This document shows positions 1-12,062 of a stretch of 64,000 nt of DNA, one piece after another; position 1 is the first letter of the stretch; each line of letters opens with the position of its first letter. The stretch is from Psammoneis japonica (lineage: Eukaryota): the NCBI GenBank assembly GCA_008632985.1, contig QPGO01000121.1, positions 186,001 to 250,000 on the forward strand, read 5' to 3'. The notes under the pieces are model-generated. The model searched no databases. It worked only from the letters and a program-made list of their open reading frames with translations, and was not told the origin of the DNA. The position numbers and the translations under genes are program-made.

Positions 1-1
1 T

Positions 2-454
2 GGTAAATCACTCAATGCTTTTGGAATCGTGGTTAGTGCCTGTGCGTTTCAGGCATTTAGCATTGCAGCTTGGAACACTATTGATTGCATGACGAGTGAA
101 CTCTTTCCCACAGCGGTTCGAAGCACGGGTATGGGCGTCTGTGCCGCTTCGGGAAGGATTGGAGCCATGGTGGCTCAGTTTGTCAATGGGGCGCTCGTCA
201 AGAGCCCTGTGGCTTTGCTCCTTGTGGCAAGCTTGTCGCTCGTCATGAGCGCCATGACGCCATGTCTGTTGCCGGGGGAAGATATGTCGTTGAGACCACT
301 CGAGGACGATGTTGCAACAACGTATGGAGACGGCTTTGATGGAGCATCTCCAACCTGGAACAAAACACATACGGAAAAGGGAGGAGCGCCGTACCTTCGG
401 GTCCACAGCCGTGAAATTTCTTACATAGATGTCACAGGGTCCAACGTTATATGA
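2..454 (+). CDS. MFS transporter, C-terminal part (SVOP/sugar-transporter-like), 5'-truncated by window edge
   Basis: Frame open from base 2; motif MTSELFPTAVRSTGMGVCAASGRIGAMVAQF is the typical MFS helix 10-11 signature. Confidence 0.85.
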   Translation, partial: GKSLNAFGIVVSACAFQAFSIAAWNTIDCMTSELFPTAVRSTGMGVCAASGRIGAMVAQFVNGALVKSPVALLLVASLSLVMSAMTPCLLPGEDMSLRPLEDDVATTYGDGFDGASPTWNKTHTEKGGAPYLRVHSREISYIDVTGSNVI

Positions 455-482
455 CAGGCTTTGTGAATTCAAACAAAAATAT

Positions 483-1481
483 CTATAGTTCATCCTCACT
501 GTCGCTATCTAGCTCATCCATTATATCTCGCTCTGGAAAGTCGCCCACAACAACATGCTTCCCCCTGACAAAGCTTCCATATCCCGGTGTAGCGTCAAAG
601 TAGCGCTTCTTTCCTCCCGACACAGTCCCATCCGTCTTGCCCACAGGCTCATCAAATATCACCCCAATCCAATACCCACCTCCTCCGATTTCTGCCACCT
701 CTCCAACAAAGGCAACCATGCCGCGACGCCCACCAGGTTGCACCTCGCATCTCATGCCAACATCCTTTCCATCTACCGTCTCTGGACCGGGTATGTCTGC
801 CTCGCTCGATTCTTTTTGATCAACCTTACTAGTCACTGGTTCATCGTCCTCTACTCGAACAACCTTACCGGTAGAGTCATAATCAAATCCTTTTGGAAGT
901 GGCAATCCGAGTTTTGCTTGTCTCTGGGCTTCGACAAGTTCTCGATGCTCTCTCGCGTGTTTGGCTAAAGTAAAGTTTTCATCCTTGGCCTTTTGCTGTC
1001 GTTCCCAGTCTCGGAGTGTACCACGCCGCTTATCGTATTCTTCATCACTCATTCGATACTTCTCAACGAGATTTACATTTTCATACTGTCCATTTCTCGA
1101 CCCAGAATTGGGATCGAGATCAACACAGTGCACTTCCATACCGTGCTGTAGCCCAAAGTAGCCAAGCATCTTGTCGTCATTTTCTGTACCCGGCGGAATT
1201 TCTGCTACAACTACACCCCCTCGTTTGAGTTGCAAATGCTGAAACGCATCCGGAGTCCCCGTTTGCTGATAAATTTTGGTGCGTAAGCGACCAATCGTGT
1301 CGTGCAAATCAAAGCGGATTTCCAAGTGACGCTGCACTAAATTGGAATGCGTCAGATCCAATACCACCGTGTCCTTGTGAAGCGTATCGTACTGCGTTGC
1401 ATCCTTGGCTGTCACATAGGCCTGCAGCATATGCAGGTCCTCGTTGCGGAGGAGGGACGGATGCGGCGTTGCTCCGCTCAT
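483..1481 (-). CDS. TBCB: Tubulin-folding cofactor B (ubiquitin-like + CAP-Gly)
   Basis: N-terminal Ubl region, VEKYRMSDEEYDKRRGT linker, CAP-Gly WIGVIFDEPVGKTDGTV...YF...GYGSFV, acidic end DSEDEL. Start placed at ATG 1481 (alternative 1523). Confidence 0.93.
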   Translation of the reverse strand: MSGATPHPSLLRNEDLHMLQAYVTAKDATQYDTLHKDTVVLDLTHSNLVQRHLEIRFDLHDTIGRLRTKIYQQTGTPDAFQHLQLKRGGVVVAEIPPGTENDDKMLGYFGLQHGMEVHCVDLDPNSGSRNGQYENVNLVEKYRMSDEEYDKRRGTLRDWERQQKAKDENFTLAKHAREHRELVEAQRQAKLGLPLPKGFDYDSTGKVVRVEDDEPVTSKVDQKESSEADIPGPETVDGKDVGMRCEVQPGGRRGMVAFVGEVAEIGGGGYWIGVIFDEPVGKTDGTVSGGKKRYFDATPGYGSFVRGKHVVVGDFPERDIMDELDSDSEDEL

Positions 1482-1791
1482 GGTGTTATTGTGTTGTTTG
1501 TTTGCGATTTTTGTGTGTGGCATTGGGGGAGCGGAGGGAGCAGCGCACTACAGGCGCTTGTGCTTCCGACAGTCAGTCGATTGCGCGCGCGCGCGCTCTA
1601 TCTACGTCGTCGCGAGTCGCGAGCAATGAGCTTGAAGCTGTGATTACCGTAGTACACCTCCCCAAAAAATCGAAGAATCCAAAAACACAGGCTCAAAAAG
1701 GCCTTCGCAGAGCAAGCAATGAGGCCGCTGTGATAGTGAGCAAAAAAGCAATGAGCGACGATGAGCTTTGTATGGATACAATACAGTAAAC

Positions 1792-4260
1792 ATGGCCAGC
1801 ATCAGCGAGATCTCTAGTCGATTCTTGACGTTCCTGAAACGATATGTACACCGAAGCCCAACAAAAATCAAATCCTCTTCTGAGTCAATCTCAAGGAACT
1901 CCCACGGGCATGGACGTCCCGAAAGAAGGCATGGAAGAAAGAAACGATCCCAATATCATGTACCCATGGCTCTTGTCAATCGGGACAAGCAAATAACAGC
2001 TTTGGATATAGCCCGTTTTGGACTCTTGAGCATCGCAACGCTGCCTTTTAGTGGTTGGATATCATTGTATGCCTGGAATTACTTTCAAAGAGTTTCGATC
2101 TGTGAGCACGCCCTAGCCGAAGAAGATAACGAAATTTCCTTTCTTCGTTCCAAATCGGTAGCTTTGGCAAAGAAAAAGACGAATCGGGCTACGTTGAACG
2201 ACAAGGACGACAGTTCGAATGAGGAAGGCAGTTTCTTTGGTCGAGACCGCCCGTTGGCAGAGGTGCGAAATCTTCTCGCCAAACCACCCCATCAGATTCT
2301 TGTGGTGGCAGGTACCAATGAGTCAGGAAAATCACGATTTGTCGCAGAAGTTCTCAGGGCTCTTCCCCTCTCAAGAGGAGTCACGTACATCCAGTTGGCG
2401 CAATTAGTCGATTCCTTGTCTACCTTCACCCATGCATTTGTAAGATCCTTTGATTTGCGGTGGCTTCAAATGCGTCATGCGCTCGTCGATGTCCTACCTT
2501 TTGCGGGATCAGAAATCCTAGTGATGAAGGAACGGTTCAGCTCGCGTGACTTGAACCAGTCCCTTCAAGTCATCACGGAAGCCCTCAAGGCAAAGAAGAA
2601 AGCAGATCCGTATCGGGCACTTCCAGTTTTACTCATTGACGGCTTGGGGGAAGCGTCTGGAGCAGAGAGTAGTAATAGTACCTGGATTCGCTCTCCGGAG
2701 GGCCGACGGACGGTGGAGCGCTTGATCCAATGGTGCATTTACGTTACCAAGGAGCGCCAACTTGCTCATGTAGTGTTGACTGGAAACGAAGAGCTAGTCT
2801 TTAGTTTGACGAACCAAAATCGAACCACGCGTGGGCATGTGAAGGTCATTGGACTGGCGGATCTTTCTCCCGGGGATGCGACCAAGCTCATCCGCGAGGA
2901 ATTGCCCGACGTCACTGATGCAGAAGTGGACAAGATCCTATACAAGTTCGGTGGTTTCATTCATGATATTCGAGCTGTCAGTCGAGAGATTCGATCCAAG
3001 TTACACCACGCAAACAACAAACGCTCTAACACGACCGAGGCTAGTGATCCAATAACAGCAAAACATGATCCAAACAATCCTACAATCTTGCGCCAACGCA
3101 TTGTTGATGAGGTCATCAGTCGCCGATTCAAGCTACAAATTGAGCGTGTCAGTGCCGCCTTTGCCAAAGGACGGGATGAAGAAGACACCGAAAATAGTTC
3201 GACCTCAGAAGAAACGGATGATGATGACGACATGGACCCCTATTTAGATCCACTCAAGGCTGTCTACTCTGAAGCCCAAGCAAGTCAATTGGACGTTTCT
3301 GACTCCTCACCAGGCGAAGACGATGTTTGTTGGTCACAAGTTCAACTCTGGAATAAAATCAAGAAACTAGTTGATTCGGAGACGATGACTGTATCCTTCG
3401 CTGACCTCAGAGATGAAATTTTCAACGGAGATACTACGCCTTTGCTGGAACTCATGAATGAAGACGTGCTTGGATTTGAAGTAGAGAACACATCTGATAG
3501 TGCGGGTTGGTCCTGGGAGGTCAAACCTGCTACACCTGCCCTGGCACGTGTCTTTCAACATCTTGTCAATAGCAGTTTCAAGGAACGGTTTCGTGAAATC
3601 GAGCAAATGACAGAAAAAAGAGAAAAGATTCAGAAAATTGAAATGGAACGGCGACAGCTGCGTCTGGAGCGCAGGCGTCTAGAAATGCGAAAAGCATCTC
3701 TCGCGAAAACCATCCAAGTTGGCCGAAGTCTAGGCCTCGGTGAAGACTCAGATGCAAATGCAAGGCATGAAGAAATATACAACTCCATTGTATTGGAAGA
3801 AGCCGCCAGTGAAAAGAGAGGGGAAGAACTTCGTCGAGAGCTTACCATGCTATCAGAAGCTGAAACAGAGACAACGAATTCGAAAGACTCGAACGGATCT
3901 CCTACGAAGAATCTCAGTGATCACTTGTCGATTCAACGGCGCCTGAAGCATGCTGTATTAGAAGCATTTGGCCTAGACGACAACAGAGATAAATTTTCCA
4001 GATTCCGCGACGCGATTGCCAAGCTCTCATCAAACGGTTCGGGTATTACGGCAGACGACGTAGTACGCATCATTAAAGCAACAAGTGGCGAGGACATTGA
4101 TCCGAAAGCTGCGGGAAGCTTCATCCGCTTTTGGGACAAGAACAATGATACACAGCTTGAATATGATGAATTTGTTCAGATGCTATTGGCAGATGATTCC
4201 AGTGGGCTGCACAAAGACGATCATAATGTTTCAGCGGTACAGAATCTAGATGATTTGTAG
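1792..4260 (+). CDS. Membrane-anchored P-loop ATPase (Yme2/RNA12-like) with coiled coil and C-terminal EF-hand
   Basis: Intact ~820-aa ORF; hydrophobic segment FGLLSIATLPFSGWISLYAW; Walker A GTNESGKS, Walker B VLLIDG; QWCIYVTKERQLAHVVL, GGFIHDI and QLWNKIKKL recall the RNA12 domain (from memory); EF-hand loop DKNNDTQLEYDE. Confidence 0.7.
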   Translation: MASISEISSRFLTFLKRYVHRSPTKIKSSSESISRNSHGHGRPERRHGRKKRSQYHVPMALVNRDKQITALDIARFGLLSIATLPFSGWISLYAWNYFQRVSICEHALAEEDNEISFLRSKSVALAKKKTNRATLNDKDDSSNEEGSFFGRDRPLAEVRNLLAKPPHQILVVAGTNESGKSRFVAEVLRALPLSRGVTYIQLAQLVDSLSTFTHAFVRSFDLRWLQMRHALVDVLPFAGSEILVMKERFSSRDLNQSLQVITEALKAKKKADPYRALPVLLIDGLGEASGAESSNSTWIRSPEGRRTVERLIQWCIYVTKERQLAHVVLTGNEELVFSLTNQNRTTRGHVKVIGLADLSPGDATKLIREELPDVTDAEVDKILYKFGGFIHDIRAVSREIRSKLHHANNKRSNTTEASDPITAKHDPNNPTILRQRIVDEVISRRFKLQIERVSAAFAKGRDEEDTENSSTSEETDDDDDMDPYLDPLKAVYSEAQASQLDVSDSSPGEDDVCWSQVQLWNKIKKLVDSETMTVSFADLRDEIFNGDTTPLLELMNEDVLGFEVENTSDSAGWSWEVKPATPALARVFQHLVNSSFKERFREIEQMTEKREKIQKIEMERRQLRLERRRLEMRKASLAKTIQVGRSLGLGEDSDANARHEEIYNSIVLEEAASEKRGEELRRELTMLSEAETETTNSKDSNGSPTKNLSDHLSIQRRLKHAVLEAFGLDDNRDKFSRFRDAIAKLSSNGSGITADDVVRIIKATSGEDIDPKAAGSFIRFWDKNNDTQLEYDEFVQMLLADDSSGLHKDDHNVSAVQNLDDL

Positions 4261-4484
4261 CCAGGAGGAGACGAGTACGCGTTCGGAATGGACAGCTTTC
4301 AACACAGTTCTCATCTGTGAAAGTTGAGAAGGAATCTGAAAAACCCCTCCAAAGATGAATAGTGCAAAATCCCAATCCCGCTAGATATTCACCTATTAAC
4401 GAAACCTTTACATTGAAGGTACTTGTCACGGAGTAGCTCTGGCTTATGACATCTATAAAGCAAAAGGTATATTCTTCAAAAACA

Positions 4485-5296
4485 CTAGGACAAATCTTTC
4501 CACTTCTTCCATGGCATAACGACCTTCTTTAACAGCTTGGTGGCCTTTTTTCGAAGCTTTGGCTTTGAGTCCTCTTCCTCAGCAACTTGTGGCTCTGATT
4601 CTGATGCTTGTTCCCCTGACGTTTCTTCCTTTTTGGCGTCTGCTGCTTTCTTGATCCGATTCAGCTTTTCCTTTTGTTCGGGCAAGGTGCTGGCCACTTC
4701 CTTCTTCAGAGCACTAATCTCCTTACCAGCCTGTCCAACCTTTTCTTTACTGGAGCTGGTGCCGGCTTTGGTGCGGGTTCTGGCTTGGGTTTCTGAACAC
4801 GAACTGGCGCAGGTGCGGGCTTTACCTCTGCCTTGGGTACCGGCACAGGAGCTGGTGCAGGCGTTTCCTTGGGCGCGGGCGTTTCCTTAGGTGCGGGCGT
4901 TTTCTTGGGTGCAGGCTTCTCGGGGCTCTTTTTCTTCTTCTCTGGCGCTGGGGCAGGTGCAGGAGGATCCTTAACTACAGTGGCTGATGGTGCAGTTTTC
5001 GTTGGTGTTGATTTCGTCGTTGTTTTCTTGTCCTTGGGGGTGAACGCATCCGGCTTGGCATCCTTATAACACGCCGCTGCCACTCCAGCTACAAACAAAA
5101 CGGACGGTAGAATGGTGTCTGGGTCAATAGCATTGAGTGAGACACTACCAGCGCGCTGCGGAACATTGGTTTGTTCGAGAAAACGAGTGACATCACTATT
5201 TTGATGCAGAGGTGTGAGAACAACCCGAGTCGAGGGAACAAACGCCACAGTCGTGCCGAGTGCACACGCCAACACAATAGGCTTAACGCGAACCAT
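4485..5296 (-). CDS. Predicted plastid-targeted Pro/Ala/Lys-rich membrane protein; one frameshift near 4745
   Basis: Signal peptide MVRVKPIVLACALGTTVA followed by FVP (ASAFAP-type); PAPKET repeats; adding one A in gtaaagaaaagg joins ORFs 4706..5347 and 4485..4697 (…VKEKVGQAGKEISALKKEVASTL…). Confidence 0.65.
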
Positions 5297-5789
5297 ATGA
5301 CCTGCTTGGGGGATCTCTCTGCGGTCAATCGCCGTCTTCCAACACAAAGTGCCACCTCCAGTTACCGGTAGTTGTCACGGTCAATCGAAAGGACGTCAAT
5401 GCAAACACCGTTGCATTTTTTCGAAACCTTCGCGTTGAAGTCAGGATGCCGATATCTTGTGTCATACTTGGTACAAAATCACGTAGGATCTACGTATTTT
5501 TGATCATATTAAACACTAAATAAAAATATATGCTAAACCTCGTCATACACATAAACATGCGCGTATGGTACTAAAATTTGAACGGTACGTACGGGTACGG
5601 AAGAGGACAGACGGAAAATCTGGAAGAATGGCGCGCGGGCGGGCTGCATGCGCGGAAGACATCCTCTGGGGGCGCTCCTTTTGTCTTCCTTCTTGCTCAT
5701 TCAACACTAAATTGCGAACGGCAATCAGAGACATGGCGAAGCCGCAGAGCATGTTTATCAAAGCTGTCTACTTTTTGAAGTAAAGTTCT

Positions 5790-8700
5790 GGAAAGGTGCA
5801 CTGCTGTCAACGAGTGTTCTGGAAGAGCACTCCCTTGGTCAATGAAGCCAGCTGGCGATGCCATGTTGTTGCTGCCGCTTGTCACACACTCCAAAAATCA
5901 AAGACACTGAACTCACCCAACCAGTGCTGGAGTCAGAAACTGAAAGACATCAAAACAAATGACTCTTTGTCAGTTGTGACAGTCCATTTGCTTGTCCCAC
6001 AGGAGGTTCTGCAGCAAGGACAGCAGCAGCAAGGGGAGGAGAAGGCGGGAAGAAACCTGAGTTTGTGGAAAAATCCTTGGCCAGCTGATTTTGCTCTCCA
6101 CTCCCTGTCACAACCTGCCCATGACTTACAACTTTCCATTGACCTTCAGTTGATCCCCACCTGTGTTGACATTGAAGGCAATGAAAAAAGAAAAACAATC
6201 TTCTTGCCAGCCTTTGTGTCCTCTTTCTTTTGTGGCTCTGGAACAAGCTCTCTCTGCTGGCCCGGAGGGGGGCAACATCTCTGGTGTTCCACAGCACCAC
6301 ACTGGCTCCTGCTTTGACACATGTGGTGACACAAGACCTGACTTCACAAGGAGGGGTGTGCCAGCTCCTTTTTGCTCATTTCAGTGGTTTTGCTCATCGA
6401 CCTGTTTTCCCAATGGCAAGAGCTGAGCTGTCAACGCTGTTGTGGCAGATGCCCTGCAAAAATGCACTTCATTGATTGACCAAACTGACTCCACTGCAGT
6501 CACACCTCTTTCCTTCACCTGCTTTTGCAACTCAGGAGGGCTTTTTTCTTCATCTGAGCTGAGAAAATTGATGATTGCAACAACATCGCTTTCAGAAAAT
6601 TGATGTCTGGATCTGCTGCACCCATCATTTCAACAACTGCAAATGTGCACAAAAGCAACCAACAGCAACTTGAATCTGATCTTGCTGGAGCACTTGCAGC
6701 TTGCAAGAAAAGCCATGTAAAAAGCAATCCTCTGTCTCAAACAAATGTCAAACACACCACGTTCTCTTTCCATTGGTTTGTCTTTTCCACAAACCCAACA
6801 TGCAGCCCAAATGACATCATGAAAAATGCAAACTCCCAAATGACAACCTGTCACACCCACAGCTCTGACCATGTCAGCACATTTCCTCCCAAAGCAACAA
6901 AAAGGTCTCTTGAATGCAACAAAATCTCAGCCTGTGTGAAGCAAGAATTTGCCGCAAACAGATGCTCCAGCCATGGTTCTCACCTCCTGCAGACACACAT
7001 CCACAGACACATGGCAACAAAAAAGCATGGCATTTTCTCATGAGGTTGGAAATTGGGGCCCATGCAGCAGCAGGGAGGGACCACCCAGTGCAACTCAACA
7101 AGTGGTGGACTGACACCACAAGGATGACACATCGCCGGTGTTTGGAACTTGTCTTTTGCACTTGTTGCTTGAACAAGGATGCACATCTTGTGAAACTTCC
7201 TCAGAATGTTTTGGCAGCCAGTGGGTGACAATGAATTGCACATGGCTTGGGTCAGAAAATTTGCCACTTTCCATCTTCCATTCCTTGTCCATGTAAAATC
7301 ATGTCAATTGATGTTGTGGCAAAGGCGGGCAAGTGATGAGGCATCTGCCTGTGCAATGGTTCACCCACTGCTGGCCTGTGACCCACCAGAGCCCTTTTCA
7401 GCCTTCAAAGCCAAACAAGGGAGCAATTGAGCACCTGTTTCTGTCCCCACTCCCACCATGCACACAGACACAATGAACTGCTCAGTGGTTTGCCACATGA
7501 AATCATGCACATGTGCATGATCATTGCCCTGAGCCATTGAGCAGTTTGGGGGGCACACCAAAAACAAGCTGACAGACAACAAGCCAAAAATGTGAAAATT
7601 GTGAGACATTCACAATGATGCAACACATCAGTTGGTGCAGCAACATCTGATTGATGCAGCACACACTTCACTTCAGGAGTTCACTTGGTTCTCTTTAAAG
7701 TCTGATGCACAGCCACTGCCATTCTGTTGCTTCATCATGATCCTAATTTTTTGGGGGGTCCAGCTGGCATTTGCCTTTGGTGCAAATTCCACGCGCACAT
7801 TTCTGCACACAGCTGCACAGCTCATCCTGAGCCATGTCAAGGTTTGCCACCAGTGCTGTGGAGTTTTGGCACTGATTCTGTGCATTGAACCACTGAGTGG
7901 CTCAAAATTGTGTTCTGGGGGAGTTGCCCCAAGCTCCTTGAAACCAAAATGTCAAGTGCAGCATCATTTGTGAACTGATGAAAGTTCAATTGTTGACATT
8001 GTCACATCTGCACTGAGATTGTCAATGAATGACATTTGCCTGTTGCCCAACCTTCCTGTGTGGACATGTCACATTGGCGCCACAAGTGCGTGCACATTCA
8101 TGAAATGAGTTGTTCATTTCAAAAAGTTGCAAATGCCAAAACAGCTGAGACAGTTTCAACAAAAAGCCTTTGAGGCCATTTGCACAATTGCAGAGTGCAA
8201 CACTGAAAATGGGCAACCTTTTTCTAATGCCTGGGTTTGGTTGCAATGCAAGCTGTGCATTTTTTCTTTCCATGACATCCCAGAGATGGTCGCGGCAAAC
8301 TGGTTTGCACTTGTCTTGCTGCCATTGTCACCTCAGAACTTTGTTCAACAAACAAAAAACCCGGCATTTCAACAGCCTTTGAGGCCATTTGCACAATTGC
8401 AGAGTGCAACATGGAAAACGGGCAACCTTTTTCTAATGCCTGGGTTTGGTTGCAATGCAAGCTGTGCATTTTTTCTTTCCATGACATCCCAGAGATGGTC
8501 GCGGCAAACTGGTTTGCACTTGTCTTGCTGCCATTGTCACCTCAGAACTTTGTTCAACAAACAAAAAACCCGGCATTTCAACAGCCTTTGAGGCCATTTG
8601 CACAATTGCAGAGTGCAACATGGAAAACGGGCAACCTCTTTTTGATGCCTGGGTTTGGTTGCAATGCAAGCTGTGCATTTTTTCTTTTCATGACATCCCA

Positions 8701-9850
8701 GAGATGGTCACTGCAAACTGGTTTGCACTTGTCTTGCTGCCATTGTCACCTCAGAACTTCATTCAACAAACAAAAAACCCGGCATTTCAACAGCCTTTGA
8801 GGCCATTTGCACAATTGCAGAGTGCAGCATGGAAAACGGGCAACCTCTTTTTGATGCCTGGGTTTGGTTGCAATGCAAGCTGTGCATTTTTTTCTTTTCA
8901 TGACATCCCAGAGATGGTCACTGCAAGCTGTTTTGCACTTGTCTTGCGCTGCCATTGTTGTCACCTCAGAACTTCATTCAACAAACAAAAACCCGGCATT
9001 TCAAAATTGCTTCATTGGCACTGCCAACTGATGCTGCATTCTTCAACCCTTCTCCTCCCCTTTCCCATGCAATTTTGTGTCTGATTGATTTTAAATGCAC
9101 AAAACAAGATGCTGCTGCTGCTCCAAGAGACTCAACCAAGTTTGAAGAAGGAGGAAATGTGCTCTTTTTAAGACAAAGCCACCACAAGCATGGCCCAAGC
9201 ATGTCATTCTCTTCTGTTCCACCCACTTCTCTGACTTGGGCACAGCCCATTTTTTCATTGTTCTTGATCAAGGTCCCAACAAAAAGAGTGTGCTCTGACC
9301 CTCCTCCTTGCTGGAATCTTTCTTGTTCTTGCCATCCACATGTGAGTCAAGAACTCTGGCCACAAGTTGGTCAGCACCGTTCTTGGTGCTGATGCCCAAC
9401 AGAGCTTGAAGCACGGTCATCAGCAAAGTCCATGGGACCACAAAAGAGGCACAGTGCAGCCACCTGTGGCTGCATTTTTTGCCAAGACTTGTGCCACGGC
9501 AATCTCAACATCGCCCCATGTGCAAGAAGAGAGTGCTGGCCAGTGCCATCAAGGTTCTGCTTTGGCCAGCCAAGTTGCCACTTCCCAAAATTGGTTTTTG
9601 CAGGAACAGCCCCGCTCGCAGATGCAGCACATGTCATCATCATGGCGACCGGCTTTTTCCTCGTCTTCTCCTGCCTGTTCATCATTGGAAGTGCACGCTT
9701 GGTGGGGGGGATGGCTGTTTTGGTGGTGCATTTCCATTTGCTCTTGCCACATCTTCCACCAAATCTTGGACTTGATCAAAATGCTGTCCCACCAAAATCC
9801 AGAGTCCTGTCCGCAATTTTGTGAATCTCCACACACTTTTGAGCATGCAT
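5790..9850. mobile_element. Decayed, unclassified repeat/transposon block, TpA- and CpG-depleted
   Basis: Abrupt switch to TG/CA-rich composition, almost no TA, few CG; only Cys/His/Gln-rich spurious ORFs; no confidently recognisable protein motif. Confidence 0.6.
8166..9003 (+). repeat. Tandem repeat, 4 x 209 bp
   Basis: Unit start gcctttgaggccatttgcacaattgcagagtgc at 8166, 8375, 8584, 8793; copies nearly identical. Confidence 0.95.
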
Positions 9851-10032
9851 GAACTTTCCGTTCAGTGTCAATGAACGCCTTCAGAAATGCATGGAGTCTC
9901 GCGACCGAGTTTCACGCCGAGCAACGCGTGCGATGAGAGGCCGGATTTTTGCTGCCGCCGGCGCGGGCGGCGTGAGACAAGATGTTGCGGGATGCGGAGG
10001 CTACAGTTGTGCACACTTCAGCACCTCACACC

Positions 10033-11454
10033 ATGGCGACAACTATGTTGTATGGCGTCCTTCGAGATGGTAGAGCCTCGCGGCCAAAGCAAAGAAAACG
10101 ACGGGCGCGATTAAGCCTGTGCCTGTGCCGATTGAGCCTTTTCGTATCCATATTCTGGATTTCAGCATTCTTACTTCTATTTCCAGTTTACCGGTACGAT
10201 CATTCGTATGCCTTGTCTAGTGAGACGCCAGCAGTGGACAAAATGACTTTATCTAGAAGTACCATGAAGCAAACTCGACGACGAAAGCTCCACTATTGTC
10301 ATTGGCGTCCCCATGGGCTCAGACCATTCCAAATGCTCACTAGTCCTGAATTTGGATTTGAAAGGATAGATCTAATGAAACCTACAAACGAGTGTGATGA
10401 TCCCTTGGACGATTTCGACGTCATTTTCGGTGGCTACCCACATTGTGGGTCAAAACCTTGGGATTGGGAAATGACCTCTGGCTTGAACGCCAAGCTCAAT
10501 GACCGGGGATGGGACAAGTTGCAGCCTCACCAAATTTGGTTTCCGTGCATGGGCTGCGCCGCCTCATTCTGTAACAAACGGGAGCTTTGTCGAATACAAA
10601 GTGCTTTTGACAAATCTTCTTGTTTCGTCTTGCCGGATCAGAAGGACGACTTGATTGAAGCTGCAAAACAGAATCCAGATTTGCTGTGGGTTCTGAAACG
10701 AGATGCAGCTGCTTTGCACCTGCATTCCGGTAACGGTGTTCAAGTGGTTCGATCCATAGTGGATAAATTACCGAGCGACGATGAACTTGCAGATGGGACG
10801 TATCTAGTTCAGCCGTATATTGAACCTTTTGTTGGTTCAGGAAAGTACCAACGAAAATCTGAGATTCGATTCTACATGGCTCTCACGTCCGCCAACCCTC
10901 TTCGCGTCTACACTTATGGAGAAGCTTGGGTGAGCTTGTCACCTACATTATACATGTGGAACGCAACCGAAGAGCAGCAGAGCTGCATGCATGATTCTCA
11001 CATGCATCTGACTAGGTGTAATCCTGTAGAAGACAAATCCTTGAATGTCACAGAACGAGGGCTTAGTCTGGATGACTATGGGGAAAGGGCGCAGATTGGA
11101 AAGGAATTGATTACCTCTTTCAAAGAGCAGGCTCGGACGTTGCTGCAAGACGTTTTTCACAATAGTAACAATACTTTCATGGCGAATCACAAGGTGAATC
11201 GTGGGATTGACGCAAGTGGGGCGTCATGCTTCTCATTCATGCGAGCAGATTTTGGCATCAGCGACAAGGGCAAGCTATATCTCTATGAAATCAACGAATT
11301 CCCCTTTTCAAACGAGAAATATGCTCCAGGACAGATTCAAGAGCGTGCCTACAGAGACCTGTTTTACATGATTGGCATATCTGAGCCACCTCTAGCTAAA
11401 GAAGACCGAGCAGAGTACGAAGCCAAGCACAATGGAGGCTGGGTATTGTTGTAG
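10033..11454 (+). CDS. Tubulin-tyrosine-ligase-family (ATP-grasp) protein with N-terminal signal anchor
   Basis: WVLK…SGNGVQVV, LVQPYIEP, RKSEIRFYMALTSANPLRVY, FMRADFGI…LYLYEINEFP match TTL/TTLL motifs; basic stretch + hydrophobic LSLFVSIFWISAFLLLFPV at N-terminus. Confidence 0.8.
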   Translation: MATTMLYGVLRDGRASRPKQRKRRARLSLCLCRLSLFVSIFWISAFLLLFPVYRYDHSYALSSETPAVDKMTLSRSTMKQTRRRKLHYCHWRPHGLRPFQMLTSPEFGFERIDLMKPTNECDDPLDDFDVIFGGYPHCGSKPWDWEMTSGLNAKLNDRGWDKLQPHQIWFPCMGCAASFCNKRELCRIQSAFDKSSCFVLPDQKDDLIEAAKQNPDLLWVLKRDAAALHLHSGNGVQVVRSIVDKLPSDDELADGTYLVQPYIEPFVGSGKYQRKSEIRFYMALTSANPLRVYTYGEAWVSLSPTLYMWNATEEQQSCMHDSHMHLTRCNPVEDKSLNVTERGLSLDDYGERAQIGKELITSFKEQARTLLQDVFHNSNNTFMANHKVNRGIDASGASCFSFMRADFGISDKGKLYLYEINEFPFSNEKYAPGQIQERAYRDLFYMIGISEPPLAKEDRAEYEAKHNGGWVLL

Positions 11455-12062
11455 GAAGATGCAATTGTTACTCTACCGTAGCTCATGATCATTGCCCAAA
11501 TTTGAACATGTAGCCCCTGCTCGTTGCAGAAAGGTCCGCACTGATTCGTTATTTTCGGGGTCCGCATGATTTGTCTGTGAGATTTTGAGCGCTTCGAGAT
11601 TTTCAAACATCCCCTCTTCACGACGAAGAGGGGGATCCGATCGCCGCGTTGCAGCTCATTCTCACTCAACAGTGTATCACAATGCATGTTGGACATTTCG
11701 CGGAAGAATGCCCTATTCCTTTGGAGCGTTGTTGGATCGTTTCCTCATAATTTGACTTTACGGTACTACCATTTCCATTTGGCAGTCATCAAAAATGTAA
11801 GGTCGGGGAGAACGCCGCGACAGCATTATGCAGACTCCTGCCGCTTGCCTCTTTGGCTGCCCCCAAGCTCTCAATACTCTTTCCGAGAGAGCACGGTGAC
11901 AGATTTGTTTGTTGTCGCGGATACCTAAAAGTACGCCCACTTTCTTGCTGTAGCTAATGTAGTAGTACTTAAAGTTATAATCGCCCACCATCCGTTTAAT
12001 GATGATCGTGGGGCCAAGAAAAAAATCCATTCTGATGTCCAAATTCGACTCTCATTCACCAG

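Noticed and set aside
8166..9003. CRISPR-like array
   Set aside because: Contiguous 209-bp units with no unique spacers; eukaryotic context; no cas genes.
5796..9850. Dozens of 60-170-aa Cys/His/Gln-rich ORFs here and in the other decayed blocks as novel small proteins
   Set aside because: Occur in all six frames, nearly Tyr-free, explained by loss of TAA/TAG stops.
9371..9850. Harbinger Myb/SANT-like ORF remnant (GQDSGFWWDSI, WQKMQPQV)
   Set aside because: Resemblance too weak to classify without a profile search.
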